The notes: a model not told the origin generated them from the letters alone. Numbered from the stretch's first letter, positions 7,788 through 15,994 are shown. The stretch: 24,000 bases of DNA from an uncultured Haloplasmataceae bacterium (GCA_937919135.1 CALFRW010000151.1:587-24586), one strand, 5' to 3'. Program-made: numbers and translations.

Positions 7788-8633
7788 CTAGTAGTTAATA
7801 TTTATTACTTTAGGCATTTCAGTTAAAGTAAAATTAGATGAATTAATCCGATAAGTGTTTTTACCATCACCCTCAATTTGTTCTGGATTAGTGAAATGTA
7901 ATTCCACAACTCCTTTGACTTGAACTCCTAATAAACTTGTGATGTTGATATTGATTTTAATCTTTGTGAAGTGATTTAAAGATTCTCTTTGAATAAAACT
8001 ACTTTCCTTTAAAAACACTAAATTAACAATGACATTATTTCTTTTTGTTAACTCATTGTAAAGCAAAAAAACAGTGTTTTGTGTATGGGAAGTTGGTGAA
8101 GTAAAAATATATTTAGTTTGATCACGTTCAAAGGTAATCTTATCAAATGAGATTTTCGACACCATTTTTCCTTCTATAACTCGAAACGGAATTCTTATCG
8201 AAATAAAGTTATATTTATCAGGATTTACGGATACATCTTGCTCAGATACATCATTTTTTAACATATGAAAATTTGTTATGCCTCTTTCAATAAACCTTTT
8301 AATATAACGACTAGATTCATTATAGATAAGCATTCGATCCATAAATTCTATAATCGAATAATTACTGGAGGCAAATTGCAAATCACGAAATAATTCAGCC
8401 CGTTTATTTGTATCATCATTGATTTTACTGACAGTTCGATTATGGTAATAGATTAAAAAGCTAAATGTTGTGCTTGATACAAATGATGCAAAGGCAACTA
8501 ATAATGTCGCTACCCTAATTCCAATGACATTATATTGTTTGTCTAAAGTATCGCCATATATTAATGCAAGAAAAGCTAACATGAATACTAATAGGCTTAA
8601 GGATAGCATTATTGTTAATAATTTGTTTTTCAT
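7788..8633 (-). CDS. Hypothetical membrane protein: two N-terminal TM helices plus a ~210-aa beta-rich domain
   Basis: 281-aa ORF with SD AGGAAGTG upstream of the ATG. The hydrophobic segments are LLTIMLSLSLLVFMLAFLALIY and IRVATLLVAFASFVSSTTFSFLIYY. I recognise no family motif. Confidence 0.55.
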   Translation of the reverse strand: MKNKLLTIMLSLSLLVFMLAFLALIYGDTLDKQYNVIGIRVATLLVAFASFVSSTTFSFLIYYHNRTVSKINDDTNKRAELFRDLQFASSNYSIIEFMDRMLIYNESSRYIKRFIERGITNFHMLKNDVSEQDVSVNPDKYNFISIRIPFRVIEGKMVSKISFDKITFERDQTKYIFTSPTSHTQNTVFLLYNELTKRNNVIVNLVFLKESSFIQRESLNHFTKIKININITSLLGVQVKGVVELHFTNPEQIEGDGKNTYRINSSNFTLTEMPKVININY

Positions 8634-8725
8634 TTAATCACTTCCTAAATATGGTATCTTTATTATAGCTTATCGTCAGTTTTTTTTCTATGTTCGTTAA
8701 TATTTATTGTCTTTTAAGATTTTTA

Positions 8726-8734
8726 TGGTATAAT
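8726..8734 (+). promoter_or_regulatory. Extended -10 promoter (TGgTATAAT) driving the riboswitch leader
   Basis: TGGTATAAT lies about 10 nt upstream of the first conserved riboswitch nucleotides. Confidence 0.5.
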
Positions 8735-8743
8735 CTTAAATAG

Positions 8744-8848
8744 AAATCTCCGAATATTACTTATAGTGGGGGAACCAAATTTGGGGTTAATCTAATTAGA
8801 GGGGAGACTTGAGATCCCTAACCCGTCAGCTAACCTCATAGGAGTACT
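8744..8848 (+). promoter_or_regulatory. c-di-AMP riboswitch aptamer (ydaO/yuaA class)
   Basis: The conserved blocks appear in the correct order: GUGGGGGAACCAA (8766-8778), UUGGGGUUAAUC (8781-8792), AGAGGGGAG, and CCCUAACCCGUCAGCUAACCUCAUAGGAG (8816-8844). The outer helix pairs CUCC (8748-8751) with GGAG (8841-8844). The pseudo-twofold repeat of GGGG..ACC blocks is characteristic of this class. Confidence 0.85.
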
Positions 8849-8851
8849 CAA

Positions 8852-8883
8852 GCGTATAACTAATATATAGTTATGCGTTTTTT
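8852..8883 (+). terminator. Riboswitch expression-platform terminator
   Basis: CGTATAACTA (8853-8862) pairs with TAGTTATGCG (8868-8877) across a 5-nt loop, followed by TTTTTT. It sits immediately 3' of the aptamer and 5' of the antiporter SD. Confidence 0.8.
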
Positions 8884-8919
8884 GATTAGTATAGTAATAT
8901 GAAAGGAGAAGAGAAATAC

Positions 8920-10122
8920 ATGATATTAAAAATTAGTATTGTCTTAATCGTAGGAATTATTTGTGGTAAATTAGCAAATTTAGTTAAATTACCTAATGTA
9001 TCAGGATATTTAATTGCAGGATTATTATTGGGTCCATCATTGATAAACTACATTAGTTCTAAAGATACCCAGTCCTTTGAAATTGTGAATGAATTAGCAT
9101 TATCCTTTATTGCTTTTAGCATTGGAAGTGAATTTGTAATTCATGAAATGGTTAAATATGGGAAGAGGATTTTTGTTATTACTCTAATGGAGGTGGTGGG
9201 AGCTGTTTTAGTAGTTTTTATAGTAATGTATATATTATTCCAACAATCTTTTGCTTTAAGTATCATAATTGCTTCAATGTCTGCAGCAACCGCACCTGCA
9301 GCAACACTTATGGTCATCAAACAATATCGTGCAAATGGACCGCTTACACGAACAATTTTACCTGTTGTTGCCTTAGATGATATATTTGGAATTATGATTT
9401 TTGGTCTAGCGATACCAATAGCAGCAATGTCAATAAGGGGTGTTGAACCATCGTTTATTAATATTGTGATTAACCCTTTAATTGAAATACTTGGCTCTTT
9501 AGTTTTGGGATTTGGATTAGGAGTTATAACCGTACTTATCACAAGAAAAATAAAAACTAATGATGATTTACAAATTACTTCATTAATTGCGATTGGTATT
9601 GGAGTTGGAGTTTCAACATTATTAGGTCTTTCTCCACTATTAACAAATATCATGATCGGATTCGTAATTGTAAATTATTTACCAAGATCTGAAAAAGTAT
9701 TTACCGTAGTTAATCAATTTGTACCCGTATTTTATATCCTCTTTTTTGTCTTAGCAGGAGCCATGTTGGATATAAACATCTTAAAAACCATCGGTTTAAT
9801 CGGAATCGCTTATATTTTTGCTAGAGGTATCGGAAAAATAATTGGGTCATTATTAGGCTGTAAAATAATGAAAGTTGAAAAAAGTGTTTCTAAATATTTA
9901 GGTTTTTGTTTACTTCCACAAGGAGGAGTTTCCATCGGTTTATCTGTAATAGTTAGACAACAAATACCAGAACTTGCAGTGACAATTACCACGATAATCA
10001 TGTGTGGAATATTAGTATATGAAATAGTTGGACCAATTCTTACTAAAATAGCTTTACATAAAGCTGGGGAAGTAAATGGTATGGACGTTAATCAAATAAT
10101 TCTTAAAGGAAGTGAAAGTTAA
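8920..10122 (+). CDS. Cation:proton antiporter, CPA2/Kef-type Na+/H+-exchanger membrane domain only (no RCK domain)
   Basis: Polytopic hydrophobic protein. The N-terminus GKLANLVKLPNVSGYLIAGLLLGPS is typical of the CPA2/KefB/KhtU-like family. I prefer the ATG at 8920 (SD AAAGGAGAAG) over the track start at 8899. Confidence 0.75.
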   Translation: MILKISIVLIVGIICGKLANLVKLPNVSGYLIAGLLLGPSLINYISSKDTQSFEIVNELALSFIAFSIGSEFVIHEMVKYGKRIFVITLMEVVGAVLVVFIVMYILFQQSFALSIIIASMSAATAPAATLMVIKQYRANGPLTRTILPVVALDDIFGIMIFGLAIPIAAMSIRGVEPSFINIVINPLIEILGSLVLGFGLGVITVLITRKIKTNDDLQITSLIAIGIGVGVSTLLGLSPLLTNIMIGFVIVNYLPRSEKVFTVVNQFVPVFYILFFVLAGAMLDINILKTIGLIGIAYIFARGIGKIIGSLLGCKIMKVEKSVSKYLGFCLLPQGGVSIGLSVIVRQQIPELAVTITTIIMCGILVYEIVGPILTKIALHKAGEVNGMDVNQIILKGSES

Positions 10123-10460
10123 TGCAAGTTTTATTTATTATTCTTAATAAGGTAAACTATTTAGATGACATCTTATCAATTTTAGTCAAGTTAAATGTTA
10201 AAGGTGCAACAATCCTTGATAGTCAAGGAATGGCTAGTGCTATTGTAAACAGTGATATAAGATCTATTCCTTTATTTGGTGCATTAAAGGATTTATTAAA
10301 AGAGCATCATCCATATAATAAAACCATTTTTACGGTAATTAAAGATCAAGCGCTTTTATATCAAGTAGTTGAAGAGGTTAAAGCATTACTTAAAAATGAT
10401 AAATTGCCATGTGGTTTTATGTTTACCGTACCTGTAGGTGAGATGTTTCTCCTAAATTAA
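10122..10460 (+). CDS. PII-like (ferredoxin-fold, beta-alpha-beta x2) small protein, possible regulatory partner of the antiporter
   Basis: 112 aa with the start overlapping the antiporter stop (TAATG). The predicted pattern is b1 VLFIILNK, a1 LDDILSILVKL, b2 GATILDSQG, a long loop, b3 KTIFTVIKD, a2 LLYQVVEEVKALL, b4 GFMFTVPVGE. This resembles PII/PstA(DarA)-like proteins. The assignment rests on fold pattern only. Confidence 0.45.
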   Translation: MQVLFIILNKVNYLDDILSILVKLNVKGATILDSQGMASAIVNSDIRSIPLFGALKDLLKEHHPYNKTIFTVIKDQALLYQVVEEVKALLKNDKLPCGFMFTVPVGEMFLLN

Positions 10461-10467
10461 ATTAATA

Positions 10468-10495
10468 AAAGCGGAATGAGTAATCAATCCGCTTT
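10468..10495. terminator. Bidirectional terminator hairpin between the PII-like gene (+) and topB (-)
   Basis: AAAGCGGA (10468-10475) pairs with TCCGCTTT (10488-10495), with A and T runs on both sides. It overlaps the last codons of topB. Confidence 0.6.
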
Positions 10496-12673
10496 ATTTT
10501 TTAATTTTAGTTCTTTTAAGGCATCAGCTAAACTAGAGTTAACCGCCACATCATTTTCTTTATTAATCTTATTTATATACTTAGCAACATCTTTTTTTGA
10601 TAGTTTATTTTTTTCTTTTTTCATCCGCGCATTATAGGTTGCTAACTTTTCTTTATGCCCACATTTACAGATAAAGATTTGGTTTTCAGCCTCACCATAT
10701 AACTCTAAGCGCTTATGACAAACAGGACATCTTGCATTAGTCATTTTGGCAACTGTTTGGCGGTAATTGCAACTACGGTCTTGGCAAGTAAGCATTTTGT
10801 AGTCCTTAGTTTTAACTTCTAAAAGGAATTTCCCACATTTTGGGCATTGTTTAGTAGAAAGATTATCATGCTTAAACAATTTGTCGCTATTTTTAATTTC
10901 TTTAACTACTATTTGTGCGTATTTTTTCATTTCAGTAATATAAGTAGATTCGTTTAACTCACCTTTTGCGATTTGAGAAAGTTTTTGTTCCCATTCAGCA
11001 GTTAACAGCGGTGATTTTAATTCTTCTGGCACTATTTCTAATAATTGTTTTCCTTTACCAGTTATATATATATCCTTACCACGTTTTTCGATTAAAAAGG
11101 TATTAAACAATTTTTCAATTATATCAGCACGTGTAGCTACAGTCCCTAAACCTCCTGTTTCACTAATCGTTTTAAGCAAAGTTTTATCTGAACTATCCAT
11201 ATACTTAACAGGATTTTCCATTACTTGAAGTAGCGTATCTTCGGTAAATGGACGTGGTGGATTTGTTTGTCCTGTCGTAGAAATTATTTTGTCAAGTTTT
11301 AGTTTCTCATTAAGTTTTAATTCTGGCAATATTTGGAGGTTTAGATCCATTTCTTCATCGTGGTAATTATAGATTTCTTTAAAACCTTGATTAATAATTT
11401 TTCTTCCTTGAGCATTAAATTGTTCATCACCAATCGTAAGTGTGACTTTAATTTCATCATATTCAAAAGCAGGATAAAGCACTGCTAAAAATCTTTTGAT
11501 CACTAAATCATAAATTTTAAATTCTCTATCATTTAACTTATTAATATTAAGCTGTTCCTCAGTGGGGATAATTGCATGATGATCCGATACCTTTTTATCA
11601 TCAACAAACGCTTTATTTGCTTTAATTGGAGCTTGTAATATTTGTTCAATTGTTTTGTGATAAGGACTGTTTTTAATTGCTTGTAACCTCTCCTTTAGTG
11701 TTGGAACGATATCAGTAGTTAAATAATTTGAATCGGTTCTAGGATAGGTTAATATTTTATGGTATTCATAAAGGCTTTGCATAATAGCTAAGGTCTCTTT
11801 AGGAGAAAAACCATATATCCTATTTGCATCTCTTTGAAGGAGTGTTAAATTATATAAACAAGGGGCAACTTGAAACTTATGGGTGGTTTTAATTTGAGAA
11901 ATTAAGGCACTTCGGTGATTCAGTTTTGTGATAACCTCGTTGCGATATGTTTCATTAAATGTTTTTCGATCATTTGTCAATTTATCATACCAGGTAAAGA
12001 TAATATTTTTAACGAGCACTTGAATGCCATAAAAAGTTTTTGGTTGAAAATTACGAATTTCTGACTCTCGTTTTGCGATTATCGCGAGGGTAGGTGTTTG
12101 GACTCTACCACACGATAATTGGGCATTATATTTTGTCGTTAAGGCTCTGGTAGCGTTTATTCCAACATACCAATCAGCATATGCCCTTGATTTTGCTGAA
12201 GCATATAAGTTCTCATATAAATGTCCTGCTTTTAAGTTATTAAATCCAGCGGTAATAGCTTTGTCTGTAACAGATGAAATCCATAACCTGTTGATTTTCT
12301 TTCTGATATTAGCTTTTTCAATAATCCAACGTGCAACAAGTTCGCCTTCACGTCCAGCATCTGTTGCGATCACAATTTCATTAACATCATTTCGTGCCAT
12401 TTGTGTTTTCACAATGTTATATTGTTTTCTGGTCTTTGGAATTATAGCTAATTTTAAATCTTGAGGAATAATCGGTAAATCATGTAAATTCCAAGTTTTA
12501 TACTTTGAATTATATCTCTCTGGGTCTGCAAGTGTAACTAGATGGCCTAATGCCCAGGTAATAATATATTTTGAATTTTCAAAAAAGCCATATTCTTTGT
12601 GATGGCATTTTAATACTTTAGCGATATCTTTTGCAACTGATGGTTTTTCAGCTAGTACTAATATTTTACTCAT
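10484..12673 (-). CDS. topB: DNA topoisomerase III
   Basis: 729 aa. Toprim N-terminus LVLAEKPSVAKDIA, active-site LTYPRTDSNYL, and two C-terminal Cys4 zinc ribbons (CPKCGK...CQDRSC and CPVCHK...CKCGH). Confidence 0.9.
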   Translation of the reverse strand: MSKILVLAEKPSVAKDIAKVLKCHHKEYGFFENSKYIITWALGHLVTLADPERYNSKYKTWNLHDLPIIPQDLKLAIIPKTRKQYNIVKTQMARNDVNEIVIATDAGREGELVARWIIEKANIRKKINRLWISSVTDKAITAGFNNLKAGHLYENLYASAKSRAYADWYVGINATRALTTKYNAQLSCGRVQTPTLAIIAKRESEIRNFQPKTFYGIQVLVKNIIFTWYDKLTNDRKTFNETYRNEVITKLNHRSALISQIKTTHKFQVAPCLYNLTLLQRDANRIYGFSPKETLAIMQSLYEYHKILTYPRTDSNYLTTDIVPTLKERLQAIKNSPYHKTIEQILQAPIKANKAFVDDKKVSDHHAIIPTEEQLNINKLNDREFKIYDLVIKRFLAVLYPAFEYDEIKVTLTIGDEQFNAQGRKIINQGFKEIYNYHDEEMDLNLQILPELKLNEKLKLDKIISTTGQTNPPRPFTEDTLLQVMENPVKYMDSSDKTLLKTISETGGLGTVATRADIIEKLFNTFLIEKRGKDIYITGKGKQLLEIVPEELKSPLLTAEWEQKLSQIAKGELNESTYITEMKKYAQIVVKEIKNSDKLFKHDNLSTKQCPKCGKFLLEVKTKDYKMLTCQDRSCNYRQTVAKMTNARCPVCHKRLELYGEAENQIFICKCGHKEKLATYNARMKKEKNKLSKKDVAKYINKINKENDVAVNSSLADALKELKLKNKAD

Positions 12674-12817
12674 CTGTGTTATCCTTTCTATTTATAAAAT
12701 TATGATAACATAAATTTACTTTTTTTCCAAATTACTAATCTTTAGGCGATTATAATAGTTATTAATTTAGGTTATTCATATGATATATTATCTAAAAAAG
12801 AAAATAGGGGGATTAAT

Positions 12818-12916
12818 ATGTCAGGATTTCCTGCTAGTTTTGGAGAATATGGATATGCGATTATCTTAGTATTATTCATTTTGTTAGTAATAATTGGCTG
12901 TGCTTGTTACATATAA
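12818..12916 (+). CDS. YjcZ-family-like tiny sporulation membrane protein (32 aa), absent from the supplied ORF track
   Basis: Encodes MSGFPASFGEYGYAIILVLFILLVIIGCACYI. SD AGGGGG lies 7 nt upstream of the ATG, and a perfect terminator follows immediately. A G/Y-rich head with an ILVLFILLVIIG core and a C/Y tail matches my memory of the Bacillus YjcZ 'tiny TM' family. Confidence 0.7.
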   Translation: MSGFPASFGEYGYAIILVLFILLVIIGCACYI

Positions 12917-12940
12917 TACCACGTAATGTGGTATTTTTAT
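12916..12940 (+). terminator. Intrinsic terminator after the YjcZ-like ORF
   Basis: ATACCAC (12916-12922) pairs with GTGGTAT (12928-12934) across a 5-nt loop, followed by a T-run. Confidence 0.75.
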
Positions 12941-13040
12941 TTAATTTTACTGATATTTTAAGGATTTTTTCAATTAATATTTTAATATCGATAAAGTTTT
13001 GTTATAATATAGTAAAGACTAAAGAAAAGGTTAGGATAAA

Positions 13041-15071
13041 ATGAAGAAAATATCTTATACAGCAATATTTTCATTAATAATACAAACGATAATCACATTT
13101 GGTATAAACTGGATTTATTTTTTTATTTATTATCGTTTAAATAAATATTCATTTTTAGCTTCCAACAGTGAACATGATGAAAATAGTTTTATCGCTTTTT
13201 TTAAAACTAACCGCGATAAATTATCTATTTTTTCGATTGTATTATATTTTATTTTTCTCATCATTTTTTCGTTGTCGATTATGCTGGTTAACGATGTTAA
13301 TTTTTTTATGATATTACATTATCAATTATGGGATTATATTAAAAGTAATCTTTTATACGCAATATTACTAGCAATAATTATTTTCTTTTTATTAACTTAC
13401 GGATATAAAATTCTCATGAAAAATGTATATCATACGATATATAAAAACAACAATCAATATTTTGATAATTATAATGAAACTGACTTAACGATTTTCATTC
13501 TTTTATGCTTTCTCACATTAGGATGGTTTTATATCATTTTCTTATTTGCCTTAGGAATCTATGAATTACATACATTTATGGTAAACAAAATATATAATAA
13601 AACTCCATACCGCTTTAGTATCCTTGGCTTTCTTGCTTTATTTTCGATTGCTTTTTTAAGTTTATTCCTAATTGTTTATACGATAAAATATCATCAATTT
13701 TTAAGTAATGTAACGATTTATTTTATCACAGTTTTTATTCTCAATATCTTTTTAAATTATGGTTTTTATGAATTAAGAATGAATATCTTCTTGAATAAAC
13801 GGTTAGATATTTTAAGCAAAAAAAGTAATTTTAAATTATCAATTGATAAAAAAATGTTTTCATTATGTATTTTAGTTGTTGTTATCGGATTATTATATTC
13901 ACTATTACATGTCTATAATATTAATGATATTCATATAAAGGATTTCGACAATTTAAGTACCGATAATTTAGCTTGCGAAGAAATTACAGATAAAGATTAT
14001 CGTGTGTGTCGAAAGAGCTTAGACGATTTTGATGAATCAAGTAAAATTTATCAAAAATATAATATCTGGCAAAGGCAATATGCCAATTATGCTTTACATC
14101 AAAAATTAATTGTTTCACATGTAAAAGCTGATGAAATTATAAAGAATCCAATCGTAATTAATTACTCTGGAGAGATACTATATACATCAAAAGAAGGGCT
14201 GTTAACACCTAATAGTAAAGAAGCATATTTATATGTTCAAACGTATTATAAAAAAAATGGTAATGATTTTGTACCAGTATTTAATATTATTAAAAACCTG
14301 GAGTTAATTCTTGATTTGAATAATAATTCTTTATATTTATCGATACTAAATAATAACGTTTATAAATATGATTTCTTAGAAGATACATTAAATCAATATA
14401 ATGAACATTATCAAATAATTGATACTTCAAGATTAATCTTAGACGATTTAACTATTTCCTTTAAGTCAAATACCAACAATATTTATGGTTATAATATTAA
14501 AGAAGAGTTAACTTATTTAGATATTAGATCTAAAAATAATATTGGTAATTTATTATTACTTATTAGTTATTTAGATCCTTTTCCAATCGATGAATTATTG
14601 TTTCATTTTAGTCAAACATTTAGTCCACTAACAGAAGAAAAAATTAAATATCTCAGTCCTTACGATCTAAGTGTTTTTAGACTATATCATAATACTAAAC
14701 ATATATCATATTACAATGACCGCCAATATTTATATATGGCTAATTTAAATGAAAGAGAACATATTGTAAATGAAAATTACTTATTTAATGAGAAAAAAGA
14801 AATAGAGTTATGTACAAAAACTAATTGTGACACAGATTTGAAATTTTATAATAATAAAATCGATATCGGATATCTTTCAAATACTTTATACACAGATGAA
14901 TATATTGAAAGAGATGATAATTTTAAAATAAACGATAACAAATACATCACTTTATTAACTGAGGGTAGAAAATATTTTGATGGTAATGCTTATCTTGGTT
15001 TTACGATTAAAACAATAAAGGATTATTTCACAGGTCAATTTATTAGTAGTGAAAGTATTATCATTGATTAG
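13041..15071 (+). CDS. Hypothetical protein: about 7 N-terminal TM helices plus a ~370-aa Asn/Tyr/Ile/Lys-rich C-terminal domain
   Basis: 676-aa uninterrupted ORF, with an extended -10 (TGTTATAAT, 13000-13008) and SD AAAAGGTTAGGA upstream. The hydrophobic segments occupy roughly residues 8-285. No family motif recognised. The gene is much more AT-rich than its neighbours. Confidence 0.55.
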   Translation: MKKISYTAIFSLIIQTIITFGINWIYFFIYYRLNKYSFLASNSEHDENSFIAFFKTNRDKLSIFSIVLYFIFLIIFSLSIMLVNDVNFFMILHYQLWDYIKSNLLYAILLAIIIFFLLTYGYKILMKNVYHTIYKNNNQYFDNYNETDLTIFILLCFLTLGWFYIIFLFALGIYELHTFMVNKIYNKTPYRFSILGFLALFSIAFLSLFLIVYTIKYHQFLSNVTIYFITVFILNIFLNYGFYELRMNIFLNKRLDILSKKSNFKLSIDKKMFSLCILVVVIGLLYSLLHVYNINDIHIKDFDNLSTDNLACEEITDKDYRVCRKSLDDFDESSKIYQKYNIWQRQYANYALHQKLIVSHVKADEIIKNPIVINYSGEILYTSKEGLLTPNSKEAYLYVQTYYKKNGNDFVPVFNIIKNLELILDLNNNSLYLSILNNNVYKYDFLEDTLNQYNEHYQIIDTSRLILDDLTISFKSNTNNIYGYNIKEELTYLDIRSKNNIGNLLLLISYLDPFPIDELLFHFSQTFSPLTEEKIKYLSPYDLSVFRLYHNTKHISYYNDRQYLYMANLNEREHIVNENYLFNEKKEIELCTKTNCDTDLKFYNNKIDIGYLSNTLYTDEYIERDDNFKINDNKYITLLTEGRKYFDGNAYLGFTIKTIKDYFTGQFISSESIIID

Positions 15072-15074
15072 AGA

Positions 15075-15100
15075 AAAAAGACGTGATTTCACGTCTTTTT
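15075..15100. terminator. Bidirectional terminator between the 676-aa gene (+) and yebC (-)
   Basis: AAAAAGACGTGA / TCACGTCTTTTTT form a palindromic hairpin flanked by A and T runs. Confidence 0.8.
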
Positions 15101-15819
15101 TAATGTGTCTCAACATTATGATATATTTCTTGAACATCATCTAACTCATTAAGCATTTCCATTAACCGGTTAAAGTTTTCTTGTTCTTCATCAGATTCAA
15201 GTTTTATGTAACTCATTGGGATCATAGAAATTTCTTCGACATCAATATCAAGGTCGGATTTAGCTTTCTCTAACGCTGATTTAATTTTATATAAATCAGT
15301 TGGTTCTCCATAAATTGTGATTATTTCATCTTCAACCTCGATATCGGCATCAATATCAGCTTCAATTAATGCAACTAGTGTTTCTTCTTCTGTAAGTCCT
15401 GTAAAGGATACAATTGCGTTATTATTATACATAAAAGATACACTACCAGAAACCCCCATTTTGTTTTTGGTTTTTGTGAAGCAATTTCTAACTTCGCTTA
15501 CGGTACGATTTACGTTATCTGTTAAGCAATCAACTATCAGTGTTGAAGCACCAGGGCCAAAACCTTCATATCTAACAGATGTGTATGATTCTGTTACCCC
15601 ACTAGTTGCTTTATCAATTGCTCTTTTAATGATATCAACTGGTACTTGTGCCTTTTTTGCTTTTTCAATGATATGTTTTAAAGTTATGTTCATTTCAGGG
15701 TCAGGAACACCAGATTTCGCTGCGATATAGATTTCTTTACCAAAACGTGAATAGATTTTGGTTTTTTGTGCAGCTGTTTTTGCCATTGCGGCTTTTCTGA
15801 CTTCAAATGCTCTTCCCAT
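15100..15819 (-). CDS. yebC: YebC/PmpR-family protein (transcriptional regulator / translation factor family)
   Basis: MGRAFEVRKAAMAKTAAQKTKIYSRFGKEI is the canonical YebC N-terminus. I prefer the ATG at 15819 (SD GAAAGG) over the TTG at 15828 used in the track. Confidence 0.9.
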   Translation of the reverse strand: MGRAFEVRKAAMAKTAAQKTKIYSRFGKEIYIAAKSGVPDPEMNITLKHIIEKAKKAQVPVDIIKRAIDKATSGVTESYTSVRYEGFGPGASTLIVDCLTDNVNRTVSEVRNCFTKTKNKMGVSGSVSFMYNNNAIVSFTGLTEEETLVALIEADIDADIEVEDEIITIYGEPTDLYKIKSALEKAKSDLDIDVEEISMIPMSYIKLESDEEQENFNRLMEMLNELDDVQEIYHNVETH

Positions 15820-15994
15820 TAAGATCAACCTTTCGTTATTTTACTAATATTATAATTTTAAACCATTTTATCATTTTTCTCAACTTTTTGAACAAAAAAT
15901 GTATGATTTCTGATAAATTAAAACTAAATAAAGATTGTATAATATTAATAAAAGGTGTAAAATTAATTTTGTGTTTTTAAGGATGTGATAAAAT

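Noticed and set aside
8899-8919. Track start codon 8899 for the antiporter
   Set aside because: That ATG lies inside or ahead of the SD (AAAGGAGAAG, 8902-8911) and immediately after the riboswitch terminator U-run. The ATG at 8920 is correctly spaced from the SD. It is kept only as a less likely alternative.
9141-10001. Antisense ORFs 9141..9653(-) and 9810..10001(-) within the antiporter gene
   Set aside because: They are long only because the complement of hydrophobic codons lacks stops. They have no SD and no independent promoter or terminator.
12261-12464. ORF 12261..12464(+) antisense to topB
   Set aside because: It lies inside the conserved Toprim region of topB, with no translation signals.
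12677-12710. 7-bp inverted repeat TGTTATC...GATAACA in the topB 5' UTR next to its SD
   Set aside because: The stem is short and AU-rich with a 20-nt loop, so its predicted stability is too low to argue for a regulatory hairpin. Such matches are expected by chance in AT-rich DNA.
13041-15071. Possibility that the very AT-rich 676-aa gene marks a mobile element or genomic island
   Set aside because: There is no integrase, transposase, flanking direct or inverted repeat, or tRNA target nearby. It is a single gene between ordinary terminators. It is reported only as a compositional anomaly.
14955-15730. ORFs 14955..15140(-) and 15317..15730(+)
   Set aside because: The first spans the bidirectional terminator and the tail of the 676-aa gene. 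The second is antisense to the highly conserved yebC. Neither has an SD.
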